DNA of 64,000 nt from Microthyrium microscopicum (Eukaryota). This document shows positions 37,463 to 49,837 of this stretch, one piece after another. The notes beneath the pieces were generated by a model. It did no database searches. It worked only from the letters and a program-made list of their open reading frames with translations, and was not told where the DNA came from. The position numbers were made by a program, and so were the translations under genes. The number at the start of each line of letters is the position of its first letter. The first letter of the stretch is position 1. Location: the NCBI GenBank assembly GCA_010405405.1, contig MU004231.1:1999860-2063859 (forward strand), written 5' to 3'.

Positions 37463-38212
37463 ATGGGCGAGTATTCTGGATGGAGATGTCGACTAGATGA
37501 TTCTCAACAGTATCAACTGGATAGATCGCAGTCTCTTCATTACACAGCTGTTCCGGACAACTTGCGCCGGCAAATCACACTCACCAACAGAAATGCATGC
37601 TCCAGCGACTACGCACACGAAGGAGTACGAGGGAGGATCAATTCCATGATCTCATGTCCCAGGCTTAAGGCCAAAGTGACTTCCACTACCTTTATAGGAT
37701 ATCAATTGGGATTTTGGAAACGAAAACGTAATACACCAAAGACAGAAAGCGCGAAAGTAAGTACAAATTAGATTCGGCAGCTAAACCGTCGTGTACGAAG
37801 CCGATTACGGAAGACATAAACACTTGCTATGCTGGAGCTCGAATGCAATGGACGATAATTCTTTTTTATAAGAGATGAAACACAGGATTAAAGGGTCTCA
37901 ATCAAATCGACACAGTCGGTCCCCAGGAGCGGAGAAATCGGTACGAGGGTAATTACCTTCAGTCTAGGCTTCTTGATACACATGATCTTATCAAAAGTCC
38001 TCCCAGGTCGTTGATTCTGTTCTCAGAGCGACCTTGGAGTCTGCTAGTAAATCAAGAATGGAATGGAAGCCCCCAGATAACAACAGCCTCGTCACATATA
38101 CGCATCACAGGTGATACTTCAAATGATGAAGGCACAAAGCCAGATTTTGAGAGCTATTGAGTTGTTTCTGGTTGTTTGAGCACTCCCAAGGATCACTCAG
38201 ATCAGGATGCAT

Positions 38213-39936
38213 CTACCTCGAATGTTGAAAGACTTCCACTTTCCCACCCTTGATCCACGATTGATCTGATTCCGGGCTTTGGGCTATCTGGTATAAAGTA
38301 TCGATCCATGCAGGCAGAAACGAGCCTGGACCCCTGATGGCTTCCTTCGTTGTTGCTTGCTCTGCAGCTATCTCGTATAGCAGAAGTGCGGCAAGAGTTG
38401 CGAGAAGTTTGTTCTCTCGATGAACAGCAAGAAAAGCGGCAATTACGGTACCTAAGCAACATCCCGAACCCGTCACAAGGCCCATATATTCATGCCCGTT
38501 CCGAACAAACACGGTCTGATATCCATCACTCACGATGTCTACAGCACCGCTCATTACAACCACGCAACCTCCGCAGCGTTTCGCAACCTCTTCCACCATA
38601 ATGGCTTTCTGCCTTAGTGTGAGATTGCTTGGTGCACTATCGACTCCATGCTGTTGGGCAGATGTTCCTGCAATGGTCGCGATCTCACCTTCATTGCCTT
38701 TGATTACGTCGAAAAGTCCTGCAGTCAGAACTGTTTGTAGGGCTTCCTTGCGAAGTTCAGTTGCTCCGCACCCAACGGGATCAAGCAATACAGGGTTTCC
38801 TGCTGCGTTGTATGCAGATATGGCCTTTACATACTGATCCAGGCTATCCGGAGTGACAGTCCCCATGTTGATAACCAATGACCCACCGAGTTTCGCCAAA
38901 TCCGCTGCCTCAGCTCCATTTCCAGACATGATTGGACTACCACCTATTGCAATAGCCATGTTCGCGGCCATTGTTTGTACAACCGTATTGATCATGTTGT
39001 GGCAGAGTGGTTTTCGCTGCACAACAGCTGCGATATAATCTGGGACGAATGACAGGTTCGTGATTTGCATTAGTCCTAACGATTGCGTCCTACTGATTGC
39101 AGGTAGGGCTGCGATGAGATTTCTCAAGTTTTGTGATGCTTCAGACGGATTTGGGGCAGCCATGATCGCACTGACTACTGCAACACCGTCAAGTGCAACG
39201 TCGTCGTGCCGAGATTGCCGAAGGATTTGTTGTACATTTGAAGCATTTACCCCACCGATACAAACACATGGAGTGTTCAGTGAGTTGCTGCGAAGTTCAG
39301 TAAGAATCTTTTGTACTCCAATAGCTCCGATGATAGATTTGGTATCTTTCTTGCTTTCATGACTTAGTGGATGAGCCTGAATGAAGTCATGATCCAAAAC
39401 ATACGTTGAAGTCGCAAACACCGTTCCTATGCCCAAATATGTAGCCCCATTACGAGCAGCTGTCAAAGCTTCTTCAACGCTAGAAGTCGATACTCCAATG
39501 ATGGCATTTGGCAGCGATGTCCGAAGTATGCGCTGAACAGCTTGAAGATCTGTTTCAAATGGTCATTTCTGCTCAATGTTGAAATATAAGTAATGCAGCT
39601 TACCCATATCATCCTGACCTACATGAACGCCTTCCGCACCAATAGCAATGGCAACATCTATACGATCATTGATAATTAAAGGTACTCCATGTCGCCTGGT
39701 AATCTCATGTAAAGTAGATGCTTCTCGAACGAGCTCCGCTGTATCGGCGGTCTTGTTTCGATATTGGACAACAGTAACACCTGCATATCATTAGAGATTG
39801 ATCGTTACTAATAGTAGACCGAGCATAACTAGATACCGCCTTTGATACCACTTTCAACCACGTCAGCCAAGCATCGATCTCCTAGAATTTCCGGAGTTGA
39901 GTCTGTAACAAGGTACAAGGTATAATCCACCGCCAT
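38213..39936 (-). CDS. THI6: Bifunctional thiamine-phosphate synthase / hydroxyethylthiazole kinase
   Basis: Starts MAVDYTLYLVTDS; motifs VTVVQYRNK, PLIINDRIDVAIA, GVHVGQDD, CIGGVN, PLCHNMIN, LLDPVGCGAT, IKGNEGEI and VTGSGCCLG. Three introns, including an in-frame 51-nt intron at 39353-39403. Confidence 0.96.
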
Positions 39937-40224
39937 TGTAGGGAACTTCCGAACTCATATGCCTCTTAGAAAATGCTTGGTCTGAACATCTGAAGCAGTA
40001 ACTTCAGACTTTGTAAAAACGGAAAGAGTTTGTAAAGGGTTCTGGGCTACTCCACAGGTGGTGTCGATATATAGCGTGGCAAGGGTGTGCGGCGAACTCG
40101 CTACAGCTCCGAAGCTTCAACTTCACTTCAACTTCATACATCAACGCCGCCAATTTTTATTTTCTTTCACCAGTACGGCAAAACATGTCAAATTTTCCTT
40201 GAATCGGACGGCCCATCTGTCATA
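39937..40224. promoter_or_regulatory. Putative bidirectional promoter shared by THI6 and THI20
   Basis: Only 288 bp separate the two divergent ATGs of genes from the same pathway. Confidence 0.6.
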
Positions 40225-42400
40225 ATGCCTAAAGTACCACGACTAATGATCGTGGCGGGTTCGGATTCTTCTGGAGGGGCGTACGCATCTCCTTTTGCAT
40301 TCTGGTATTACAGGATTCTGACATCATACTAGAGGACTGGAAGCGGATCAAAAAGTCGCGGCAGCGCATGGTGTTTACTCGATGACTGCCACGACTGCCC
40401 TGACCGCGCAAAACACCCAAGGTACCTTACTCTATGGAACAAACCGTACAAATGTTGTACCTGCGCTGATTACAACGAGGCATTTTTGACGTACTCAATA
40501 CTCCTGCGGCTTTTGTCAAAAAGCAAATTGATCTGTGCCTGGCAGACATTGGCAGTGATGTGCTGAAGACAGGTAATAAGTTCTACAAGTGGCCATGAGT
40601 AGCATACCCGAATTGACTCCTCATTCTCAAGGCATGCTTGCCACAGCAGAAACTGTTTCTGTGGTTGCTGACGCGATAAAGAGGCACAGCATACCTTACA
40701 GCGTGATAGATCCGGTAAGGCTTCGAGCAAACCCGACAAAAAGCTCGTTAACTGAACTGCAAGGTAATGGTTGCAACTACAGGTGCAAAGTTGCTTCCCG
40801 AAGATGCTATTGAAGTTCTTCTTAAGGAATTGCTTCCTGTGGCCTCGCTTCTTACTCCAAATATTCCGGAAGCAGAGCTTCTTGTCAAGCACTCTGGCTT
40901 GACCCTTGATCAACAGACCAGCACTGTTCATTCACTATTAGAGCTCGCTAAAGAAGTTCAAAATCTTGGGCCCAAGTCCGTTTTGCTGAAAGGCGGACAT
41001 TTTCCAATACGCGATGAAGATACAGGAGATCTGATGATATATAACATTTTGGTTTCTGAAGATGAAGCACCGCTGGTTCTCAAATATCCGCATCAAAACT
41101 CCAAAAACACACATGGCACTGGTTGTTCTTTGGCATGCAAGTGCAAACACTTTCGTTCTTCGTTTCCCTGCTAACTTAGTCCAGCTGCAATTGCTTCGAA
41201 TGTGGCGCGAGGTCTTCCAATCAAAACTGCTATCAAGAACGCGCTCAGTTATGTTGATGCTGGAATTCGCACAAGCCAGGAACTTGGTAAAGGATCAGGT
41301 CCCATCAACCATTTCCACTCGTTAAGTTTTCGTGCATTTTCATCGTAAGCAACTGTTCAGATTCCATTTTCATACTGCTGATCTTTCAAGTGGCGAGTTC
41401 ACCGCGTATCTTCTTGATCGCGACGACGTGAAGAAGGCATGGGATTCTTACACCAAACACGAATTTGTGCGCGGGCTGGGCCATGGCGATCTCCCTGTAT
41501 CACATTTCAAGAGTTATCTCATTCAAGGTGACTGCACAACTTTCCTCCTGAATTCGATCTAATGAACAAACAGATTACTTGTTCTTGGTATATTAAGTTT
41601 CCGCTTTCAGAAATTCGATCTCTAGTACCACACTGACATGGAACAGATTCAATTTTCTCGATCTAACTCATTGGCCGCTTACAAGGCCAAAAATCCAGAA
41701 GATATACAGAGGGTATGTAAGCACAAAATCTGCGCGGTTCGTCACTGATGACGTCCAAGTCTGCTGCGATTGTGATGCATATTTATAGAGAAATGCAATT
41801 GCATATTGACTACTGCGCCGAATACGGTTTATCAAAGAGCGATATTCTTGCTCAAGATGAAAGTTTAGGTAAGTGTTGTCTTGAAGCACCATATAAGTCA
41901 CTAATTTGAGATCGCAGCTTGCGTGGCATACACCAGGTTTTTGACGCTTGAATGTCAATTTGATTGAGATGACTAAAATGCCTAGATTTGTACTCGATAT
42001 CGGCCAAAGTGAAGACTGGCTAGCTTTACAGATAGCAATGTATCCATGCTTACTAGGATACGGGGCAATCGCTAAACGACTGTATTCAGATCCGACAACA
42101 TTTCGAGATGGCAATCCTTACATGAAGTGGATTGAGAATTACGTTGCCGCAGATTATCAAGAAGCTGTTTGCCTAGGTTCAGGTACAGAGCTCAAGTTTT
42201 TGTTCAATCTATTATCTGACCTAGTCACAGAATTGATTGAACAGCACATTTTAGATCAATCTCCAGCTCGGATAGAACAGCTGGTTCGTATCTTTATTCA
42301 AGCTACTAAAGTAGGAAAGACGACCTCTGCATGTCTTCAGCATCTGACCATTAAATTCTAGCTCGAAGCCTCGTTTTGGGATATGGGCTTGGCTGCGTAA
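40225..42400 (+). CDS. THI20: Hydroxymethylpyrimidine/phosphomethylpyrimidine kinase with C-terminal TenA (thiaminase II) domain
   Basis: Spliced product carries VAGSDSSGGAGLEAD, TALTAQNTQG, KTGML, DPVMVATTG, LLTPNIPEA, VLLKGGH, NTHGTGCSLAS, GSGPINHFH and TenA motifs YLIQDYLFL, PCLLGY and LEASFWDMG. Thirteen introns were inferred. Confidence 0.93.
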
Positions 42401-42700
42401 ATGAGCATTATGGTTGGAAAAGGGTGACACCCAGCGAGAGACATACATTCAGCTTCGATCTACCAGTGCAGAATCTTCACGACAAGAGTCTAGACACTCA
42501 GAGTTTTCTCGAAAACTATTTTCACTTCAAAAGAGCCGAGAATAATATCAAAATCTAGCGCACTATATGGCATGTAGAAAAGTGGTCTCAAGCCGGTCTA
42601 AGAAATCCAGGACTGCGAACTCGCATTATCATTCCGCACAAAACCGTTCCTGATCTCCGTAAGAGTGTCATATCATCAAGATGACATGCGATAGCAAACG

Positions 42701-44176
42701 TCAATTCCCAAAATCGTTCCTTTTCAGAGGCAGATCCTGCTTGTCCGGCAACTCCAATGGCTCTGCCTCAAAACCGTCCGTATAACGAGGAGGGGCAGGT
42801 TCACTTTCCTTCTCTTCAGAAGCACCTGGAGAATATGCTGGAAGCGGGGGCTCCACACTTTCCCGAGTCATTGCTCGCCTGGGCGGATCGCGGGGCCTCG
42901 TATTATGGCTGGAGAGTTCCGATGTTTTCCTTACATGCCTGGACAGGACAGTTAAGGTATCGGCGTGTTCAAAAGAAAACTCCTTGTCAGCACATCTGAG
43001 CTTTACCTTTACTTTGATACGGTGTGATAGAGCAACATTGACTGATGAGAAGCCGGGGTCAATATTTGGCATTCGAAACTTCCCAGTTCCGAATGTAGAA
43101 AGGTCCAGAAATGAGTCGAGCCTGGAAGTATTAATTACTGTGCCTGGTTTGGCAACCAACAACAAGTCGTCTTTGCTTATTGATTGATCGATGACCTGGG
43201 GAAGAGGCTGATGATCAATTTTGGTGGCATTGCATAGACAATATTCGGATTCGAGCAACGACCATTCCGAGGATGGACCACACCGAAAATCGCAACGACT
43301 TTTGACTTTGACAACGACACTTGTCAATACGAGCTGAGGAGACTCTACGAGGTCTTCAGACACATCAACAGCTACAACAGCCTATGAAGGATTAGTAACC
43401 TGTACTATCAATGTAGGGACGTTGAACAAGGGTAAAATAGATCCACATACCAATTGAACAGGCAATACACAGCCATAGTAGGCAGTCGTTGGATAAAACA
43501 GGCGGACGCGGAAGTGGGCCCAAGGAAGTTCATCACGTTTGAACACCGAATGCATCTTTTCTCGGAAACTCAGTTCTTGCTTTCCTGGTAACAACTTCAT
43601 TGAGCGTATTTGAAAGACACTCTCTCGACAACAAGGGCCTGGATCCGGCACTTGCACATCTCTTGTGGCCACATAAGTCAAAGGTAATTTCCATTGCTCC
43701 TTTTTGGAGCGCAGTAGCTTTGGATTCTGTCGAGTCATGACTGCTTCAAGGTAGTAGTATATCTCGGCGCGATCGGAGCCATTGCTGATGCTATACGATG
43801 GTGGCAATGGATGTACTTGGTTCCTTCCTACACATGTTCCCTCTGGTCTGAGTGAATAGCCAGTACCTCCACCAACGGCTGGATCTGTTTTTGATGGAAA
43901 AGTGAATTCAAACTTCCAAGTATATTTGTCGGGTTTCACGGTGTAGTGATTCTGGTAGAGCTGCTTGCTCTGGAAAATCAGTAATGCGTCTCCTTCTGTG
44001 GATGAACTATCACTATCGCCACTTTGGTAAGTGCTTCCCCGTCCTTTGAAGTTGACAGTGACAGAACCAACAGGGTCATCCTCATGGGCGTCAAGAATAA
44101 CTCTCCCCTTGATGCAAGAGCCAGAAGTATAATAGCCTTGCGGGTCGAAAAGATGGAGATCAAGAGTCGAAGTCAT
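42701..44176 (-). CDS. Arrestin-fold (alpha-arrestin-like) protein
   Basis: YTSGSCIKGRVIL, VTVNFKGRG, YTWKFEFTFP and LPPSY...AEIYYYLEA. Intron 43382-43450. C-terminal PY motifs LPAY and PPRY. Confidence 0.85.
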
Positions 44177-45093
44177 CTAGGAAAAGATTGTCAAAGTATT
44201 GGCTTGAGTTGATATAGGTCTATGAAAGGATGAAGTTGGACAGTATCTTTCTGCGGTCAGAAGTATAGTACCGTAGGTGGTGAAATAAAAATAAATGCTA
44301 AGCAAAAGCTTTAGTCTTTGTTTCGACCATTCACAACAGTCGATATTCGCCCCCAAACTCTGAACGTCCGCATCCAAGTCAGGCGGCCACAGGTAGCAGG
44401 CAAGGCATTTGATAGGGCAACTACTACGATGGCTTTAAGCTAGAGCAAAAGAAATGGGGCAACCTCAACAGTTCTTAGGCACTGCCAACTCGTGACAGAA
44501 GGAAGCGAAATATGGCAGATCTTCTGAACTGATGAGTGACCTTACGAAAATCACAGGAAGATACATCGAATCTCAAACCCCCATAAGCTTCAGTGAGTTG
44601 AGGGAAACTCCAGTTCACACCACGTTACTATAAATGACTGTCTTGACTTGCGCCTTGTCAAAGACTGTAGATCGTTGTCAAGATTCCACCTGTCACCTCA
44701 TATGGAAGTGCATTGCTTGGAATTACGTTTGTATTTTGCAGGCGGCTTATCGCTCGAGGAAACCTCACACCAGGTCAACATTCTGGTCTGGCAAGTCTGA
44801 CAGAGAAAGATAGGCTGTAGAGTCCAATAATTCAAGATGTTTGGACAAAAACCTTGGGCTTTGGCAGGCGTAGTATACTTTGGTGGCATGAGCGACTAGG
44901 CGAGTTACTTCAAGTTGCTCCTGTCTATTACAATTGCACGAGGCGCAGGCTATTAACAAGAAGAAGTTTTTCTCTCAACTTCAACTCTATCTCGCCGCAA
45001 CTCACTGTCATCGACACGCTTTCACTCCAACTAGTACTATTCTAGCATATCATCAAATCTTTTTGCAACCCACTTCACCAGCTGATTTCCACC

Positions 45094-45989
45094 ATGACAG
45101 AACCCTTCAAGTATGTTTACTAGCTTTTCCTCCGTGAAACAATGCTAATTCAACCAGAGCATACCGATACGAGCATACAAGCTACTTGATCGTTGCAAAA
45201 ATCACTAGACCTCTCTTTCTCAACCCACTCGGCCAAAAAATACTAGTCAACCCAAGTCTCAATTTCGGAGATCTTGGTTACATTACTGTTACACCATTCG
45301 GCCAAACAATACTTGTCAACCCAAGTCTCAATATCGGAGATCTTGTTTATATTACTTTTACAAGTGGGCTGATGAACGTGGGAATTGCTGGCAAAGGGAA
45401 GCTTTTCTTGCCAGGAAATCGTTCGCTCAAATATGACGACTTGCTGTATCTATTTCCCGAAGGTGTACAATGGGCAACTGACTGCAATCTCCCTGCTATT
45501 GATCATACTGGCATGCTTGGCAGGGAGAAGACGCATAAGGACACTATGCTCAAACCTCTTCACCAAAAGCTATGCTTAGAGGCCGAGCATGAATCAAGCG
45601 ACGGTGATCACCATCCAGCCACCGGTTCTCCACCAGCCAGCGATACTTCAGATCCGACTCTGGTGCCAGCAGCCAACCAAGAAAGCCCCAATGCTGATAT
45701 TGATCCGACGAGCTCCAAGGTCCCTTCGAATCAGCCATCAGCAATCGACCAAGAAGCTGCGGATTTACATAATCGTCTCGGGAAGCGCGAGTATTTGTCC
45801 GTTGAGCAGGTCAGCAAAGCGTTACACTGGAAAGTTCAGGTTGATCGAGGCTTCCATCACGTCCACATCAGCCAATCTGAGGTTCAGCAGGTCTGGTGGG
45901 CCAACAAACATAAGAAGGGTGATCCATTTGATATGTACCCCGATAGCCTGAGTGAGAAGTTGCGGGCTGCCATGGCATACGGAGGTTAG
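45094..45989 (+). CDS. Hypothetical protein with an internal 23-aa tandem duplication
   Basis: ATG 45094 and intron 45111-45157 put the first exon in frame with ORF 45186-45989. No recognisable domain. Confidence 0.7.
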
Positions 45990-46522
45990 GGAGGGAACGA
46001 GCACAGAATGCAGTTTTTGGTGACTTATGATACTCTCCGAACACTAAGATTAGATTTTGATTCATCCCGCTTTGTTATCGAGTGCTTTATTGGCCACAGG
46101 GTGCGTTCCAGTTCTGCCGCCGTATCAAATGCCTTGTGAAGTGTGACAGCTTCAATCAAAAGACTTGTTGTAATCATCTACATTGATGGGAGCGCGTCAT
46201 TTATTCTGCTATGTCGTTGGAGGTAATAAGGTTTGCGGTTGGCCTGAAATTTGAGGCATAGTCCGGAGATGCTACCGAGAAATCCTGATCTAGTCTTATA
46301 CGAGACGAGTGGCTTTTGAGGCTTGGTATTTGCTTTTGCTCTTGCTTTTCGTACTGCCCTTCATCAACTTCACTTGTTTCACGAATTGATAGTACTGTAT
46401 TACTGTATTCTTGTATTCCTTCAGCATAGCGCTCTATTCTGCTATTCGCGGACGCTGACTTCACTCAGGACTTCCTGCGGCTTCCGTAACAAAAGCTTCA
46501 TTGTTTTGTGAAGCGCAGGACA

Positions 46523-49104
46523 ATGTGGCTGATCAATGTTCATACCATGAAGTTGGAGTCTTTTCAGGGAGCGGACGTTCCGAAATATGCCATTCTCAGT
46601 CACACTTGTAAGTCCTGTTGTCTTCACTCCCCTTTTCCCTTCAGCTTGTAAGGAGGCTCCGTTCGACGAAAAGAGTAGTGCGACGCGTATCTTCTTACCA
46701 GAAGGACTGTTGACCTTTCATAGAGGCATCATGATTGTTAACGTGTTCAAGGGAGTGATCATGAGCTGGACTTTCAAGACATGGCTGTCGGATGGAATCT
46801 GGTCAAAATAAAGCCAGGCGCCAAGAAGATTGAATACACTTGCGATCAAGCAAAAGTAGACAAACTCCAGTACGCGTGGGTTGATACCTGTTGCATCAAC
46901 AAAAGCAGTTCGGCCGAGTTGTCGGAGGCAATAAACTCAATGTTTCGATGGTACAAAGACGCGACAAAATGCTATGCCTTTCTGGTGGACGTTATCAAGG
47001 AAAACTTTGATGAGCAGTTTCCTCTTAGCAGATGGTTTACTCGCGGTTGGACCCTGCAAGAGCTTATTGCACCAGCCGGAGTCATCTTTCATGATGTGAA
47101 CTGGACTGTTCTAGGTTCAAAACAAGAGCTGCTCAAGCAAATCAGCGAGATAACTGGCATTGATGAGGATTGTCTCGAAGGCGCAGAGTTGGAAGAGATA
47201 AGCATTGCAAAGAAGATGTCTTGGGCAGCAGGACGGACTACAACTCGAACAGAGGATGTAGCATATTGTCTCTTGGGTTTGTTTGGTGTCAATATGCCTC
47301 TGTTGTATGGAGAGGATACCAAAGCGTTTGCTCGTCTCCAGGAAGAGATTATGAAGGTTTCCAACGATCAGTCCCTATTTGCCTGGGTAAGTCATTTGCT
47401 GTTCCTATTTCATGTATCTGCTCCACATTTGTGTATACCGACTTACAATTACAAGGGAATGCCCGAAAATCTTCATCTTATGAATCTAGAAAGGGATTTC
47501 TTACCCGCCCCCGTCCATATTGATCAAAGAGTTGTCGTCCTGAATATGGAATGGAGTAAACCTATTGAAGAGAAAATGGCGGATACTTCAGCATCCCCTG
47601 ACACTGCGCTAAGCGGACTTCTGGCAAACTCACCAGCCGATTTCATCAATTGCAGAAATGTCGTTCCAATTGCAAACTGGGTCGCCACATCATACGCCTA
47701 CCCACCTCCAACCCTATTTGCTAGAGAGATTCGTCTACATTTACCACGCCTCGTCACCATGCAATATCTTAGAACCTACTCTGTCGCAATCCTTGGATGC
47801 CATGTGAAAGATACAGAGTATGCGATAGGTATCGTATTCAAGTACTGGGTGAATCTTTCCTGTGTAAAATCATCTAACCTGCTCGAGCAAGACGGTGCTT
47901 CACTGCGATGTTACAATGACGAGATTCTACAATGTAGAACTTCTATAATGTAGCATTTCAACGGAGTAGTGTTTGCTCAAGTGCTGTGTTGGCGAACCAC
48001 TGTCCCTTTGTAACGTTATTTCTAACTGAAAGATGACAGGCTGGACGATGGGCTGGTCGGCTGACGGAGCCCATCGGAGTACCAACAGACTCCTCAATTC
48101 TTGAAAAGTTTGAGCTTTTCTCTTTGTGCGGGCCACTTCTATTTCGAAACGAAACCAATTATCTCAAGAGGCTTGGAATTGGTGTAATCATTAGCGACAC
48201 AGAAGTGGTAGCGGCAGGATACAAATTGACGAAGGTGTTCTGCAGTCCTACGACAACGCGAGAGGGAGAAAAGAAACTAGTTCTCCATATAGGGGAAATG
48301 GGTCGTCAAGCAGTTCTTCTATATGAACACGAGAATGGTTCAAAGTTTTGGATTCTGCTTGGAGTACTTTCTAGACTTCTAATTCGTGCTGGCTATTTCT
48401 CCGAGACCACAGATGACTCCGAAAAGGAGCTTGTTGACATGATCAAGGAGCCACTTACAACTTTCACTTGGAATCCTCAAACGCAAATCCCCGTTCAACC
48501 AGCTCGTTATCCGCCCAAGATACCACCAAGAATATCTCCGCCCCTGTACGAATTCCGAGAAAACAACAGAACCCATCATATCTATGAGGATTATGTTGTC
48601 TCGAATCAACAAGCAGGCGTAAGTAATTGGCAAATTAATGGCTGGGCTCCTGGACTATGGGTACCTATTTCATCTCCAGTTCGAAGATCAAACTCCGAAC
48701 CTTCGAATGCCTCCAACACCAGAGGGTCTTTAGTTTCAAATGTAGTTTCAAATGCTTCTGATCTCAGGAGTCAGAGATTTGGAGCTTCCATCACTTACAA
48801 CATTGTTACAAAGTCGGCGTATTGTGCATATGATACGACTTTGAAGATAAAAGCTATCAATGAATCGGAGAATAATACACTCCCTAAGGGGCCCCCCTTG
48901 GGATTGGAGGAACAGCGAATGCCCGGAAGCGATAATATTGAGCCTGACAACTGGACAGCTGTCCCACCGAATCAGCCTTCTCGAGTCCTTACTTTGGGGC
49001 CAGAGAATGATTGGGACAACGGTTCAAGAGAAGGGCCAAGGGATATATCTCGAGTGAGCCGACTCACAAACCGCTTTAAAAGCTCGGTTCTCAAAAGAAC
49101 TTAA
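46523..49104 (+). CDS. HET-domain (heterokaryon incompatibility) protein with an unrecognised C-terminal region
   Basis: Motifs MWLINV...YAILSHTW, YAWVDTCCINKSSSAELSEAINSMFRWY, SRWFTRGWTLQELIAP, MSWAAGRTTTRTED and VNMPLLYGE. Introns 46608-46751, 47387-47455 and probably 47849-48039, which would join ORF 48124-49104; that last join is less certain. Confidence 0.88.
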
Positions 49105-49837
49105 CAGCGAGGCGGACGATTTTGACATCCTTTCGATAACTTGTCTTTTATGTAAATTGATTCTAGTTAAATGCTATTTTAGAAGAATTGGATATATTCT
49201 GAGTTGCCTTCTTGCGTTCAGATTACAGCTGAGATGAAGCGATTAAGACCGCGCGTAAAGAATCCTTAGTTATGACCTCTTGCCAATGGAGGAATTTGAC
49301 TTGCTTCATTATATGAATTGATAAAAAATGTACCTCACTGAAGACGAGGAGCGGAGCATCCAGAGTCATTAAAGATTTTTAGCCACGAATAAATGAGGCG
49401 CAGCTCTCGTTGCTTTTTCAGCCCATCTCGACTTTCCCAATTCAACATCATTCCACGACAACTCTTGACTTTTGCATCGTTCATTCTTTCATCGATATGT
49501 AATTGCCTTCTACTTGAGGTAATAGCCAGCATGTCTAGTAGCAGGTACCTTCATCTCAGCTCATACTGATAGTGTCATCGCGCTACTCTAGCTGTCCTCT
49601 ACCTGACTTTTTGAGGGTCTTTGGTTTGCTCAGTAACAGTCAGGCGGAGTGACAATGAGTCTTACGCATGATGAATCTCAATTGTCACGCAACCTACCTC
49701 AACAATGACTGGGCCAACCGTCACTGGCCCAAGGACCCGGAAAAACATTTAGCTGATGTTGGTAGACTTGACATCAACCCATCTCCAGAAACTCGTCCCG
49801 CTAAGCGCGTCATCTCAATCACCTCGACAAGAATAAA

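Noticed and set aside
38213..42400. TPP riboswitch in an intron or UTR of the thiamine genes
   Set aside because: I found no CTGAGA...ACCTGAT...GATAATGCCAGCG-type aptamer by eye, and the introns are only about 45-65 nt. Known fungal TPP riboswitches are in THI4, NMT1 and a transporter gene. An Infernal search with the Rfam TPP model would settle it.
2759..47455. Apparent excess of stop-free introns with lengths divisible by three (SDR, GCV2, ATH1, THI6, THI20, HET)
   Set aside because: About six among roughly 45 short introns is close to chance expectation.
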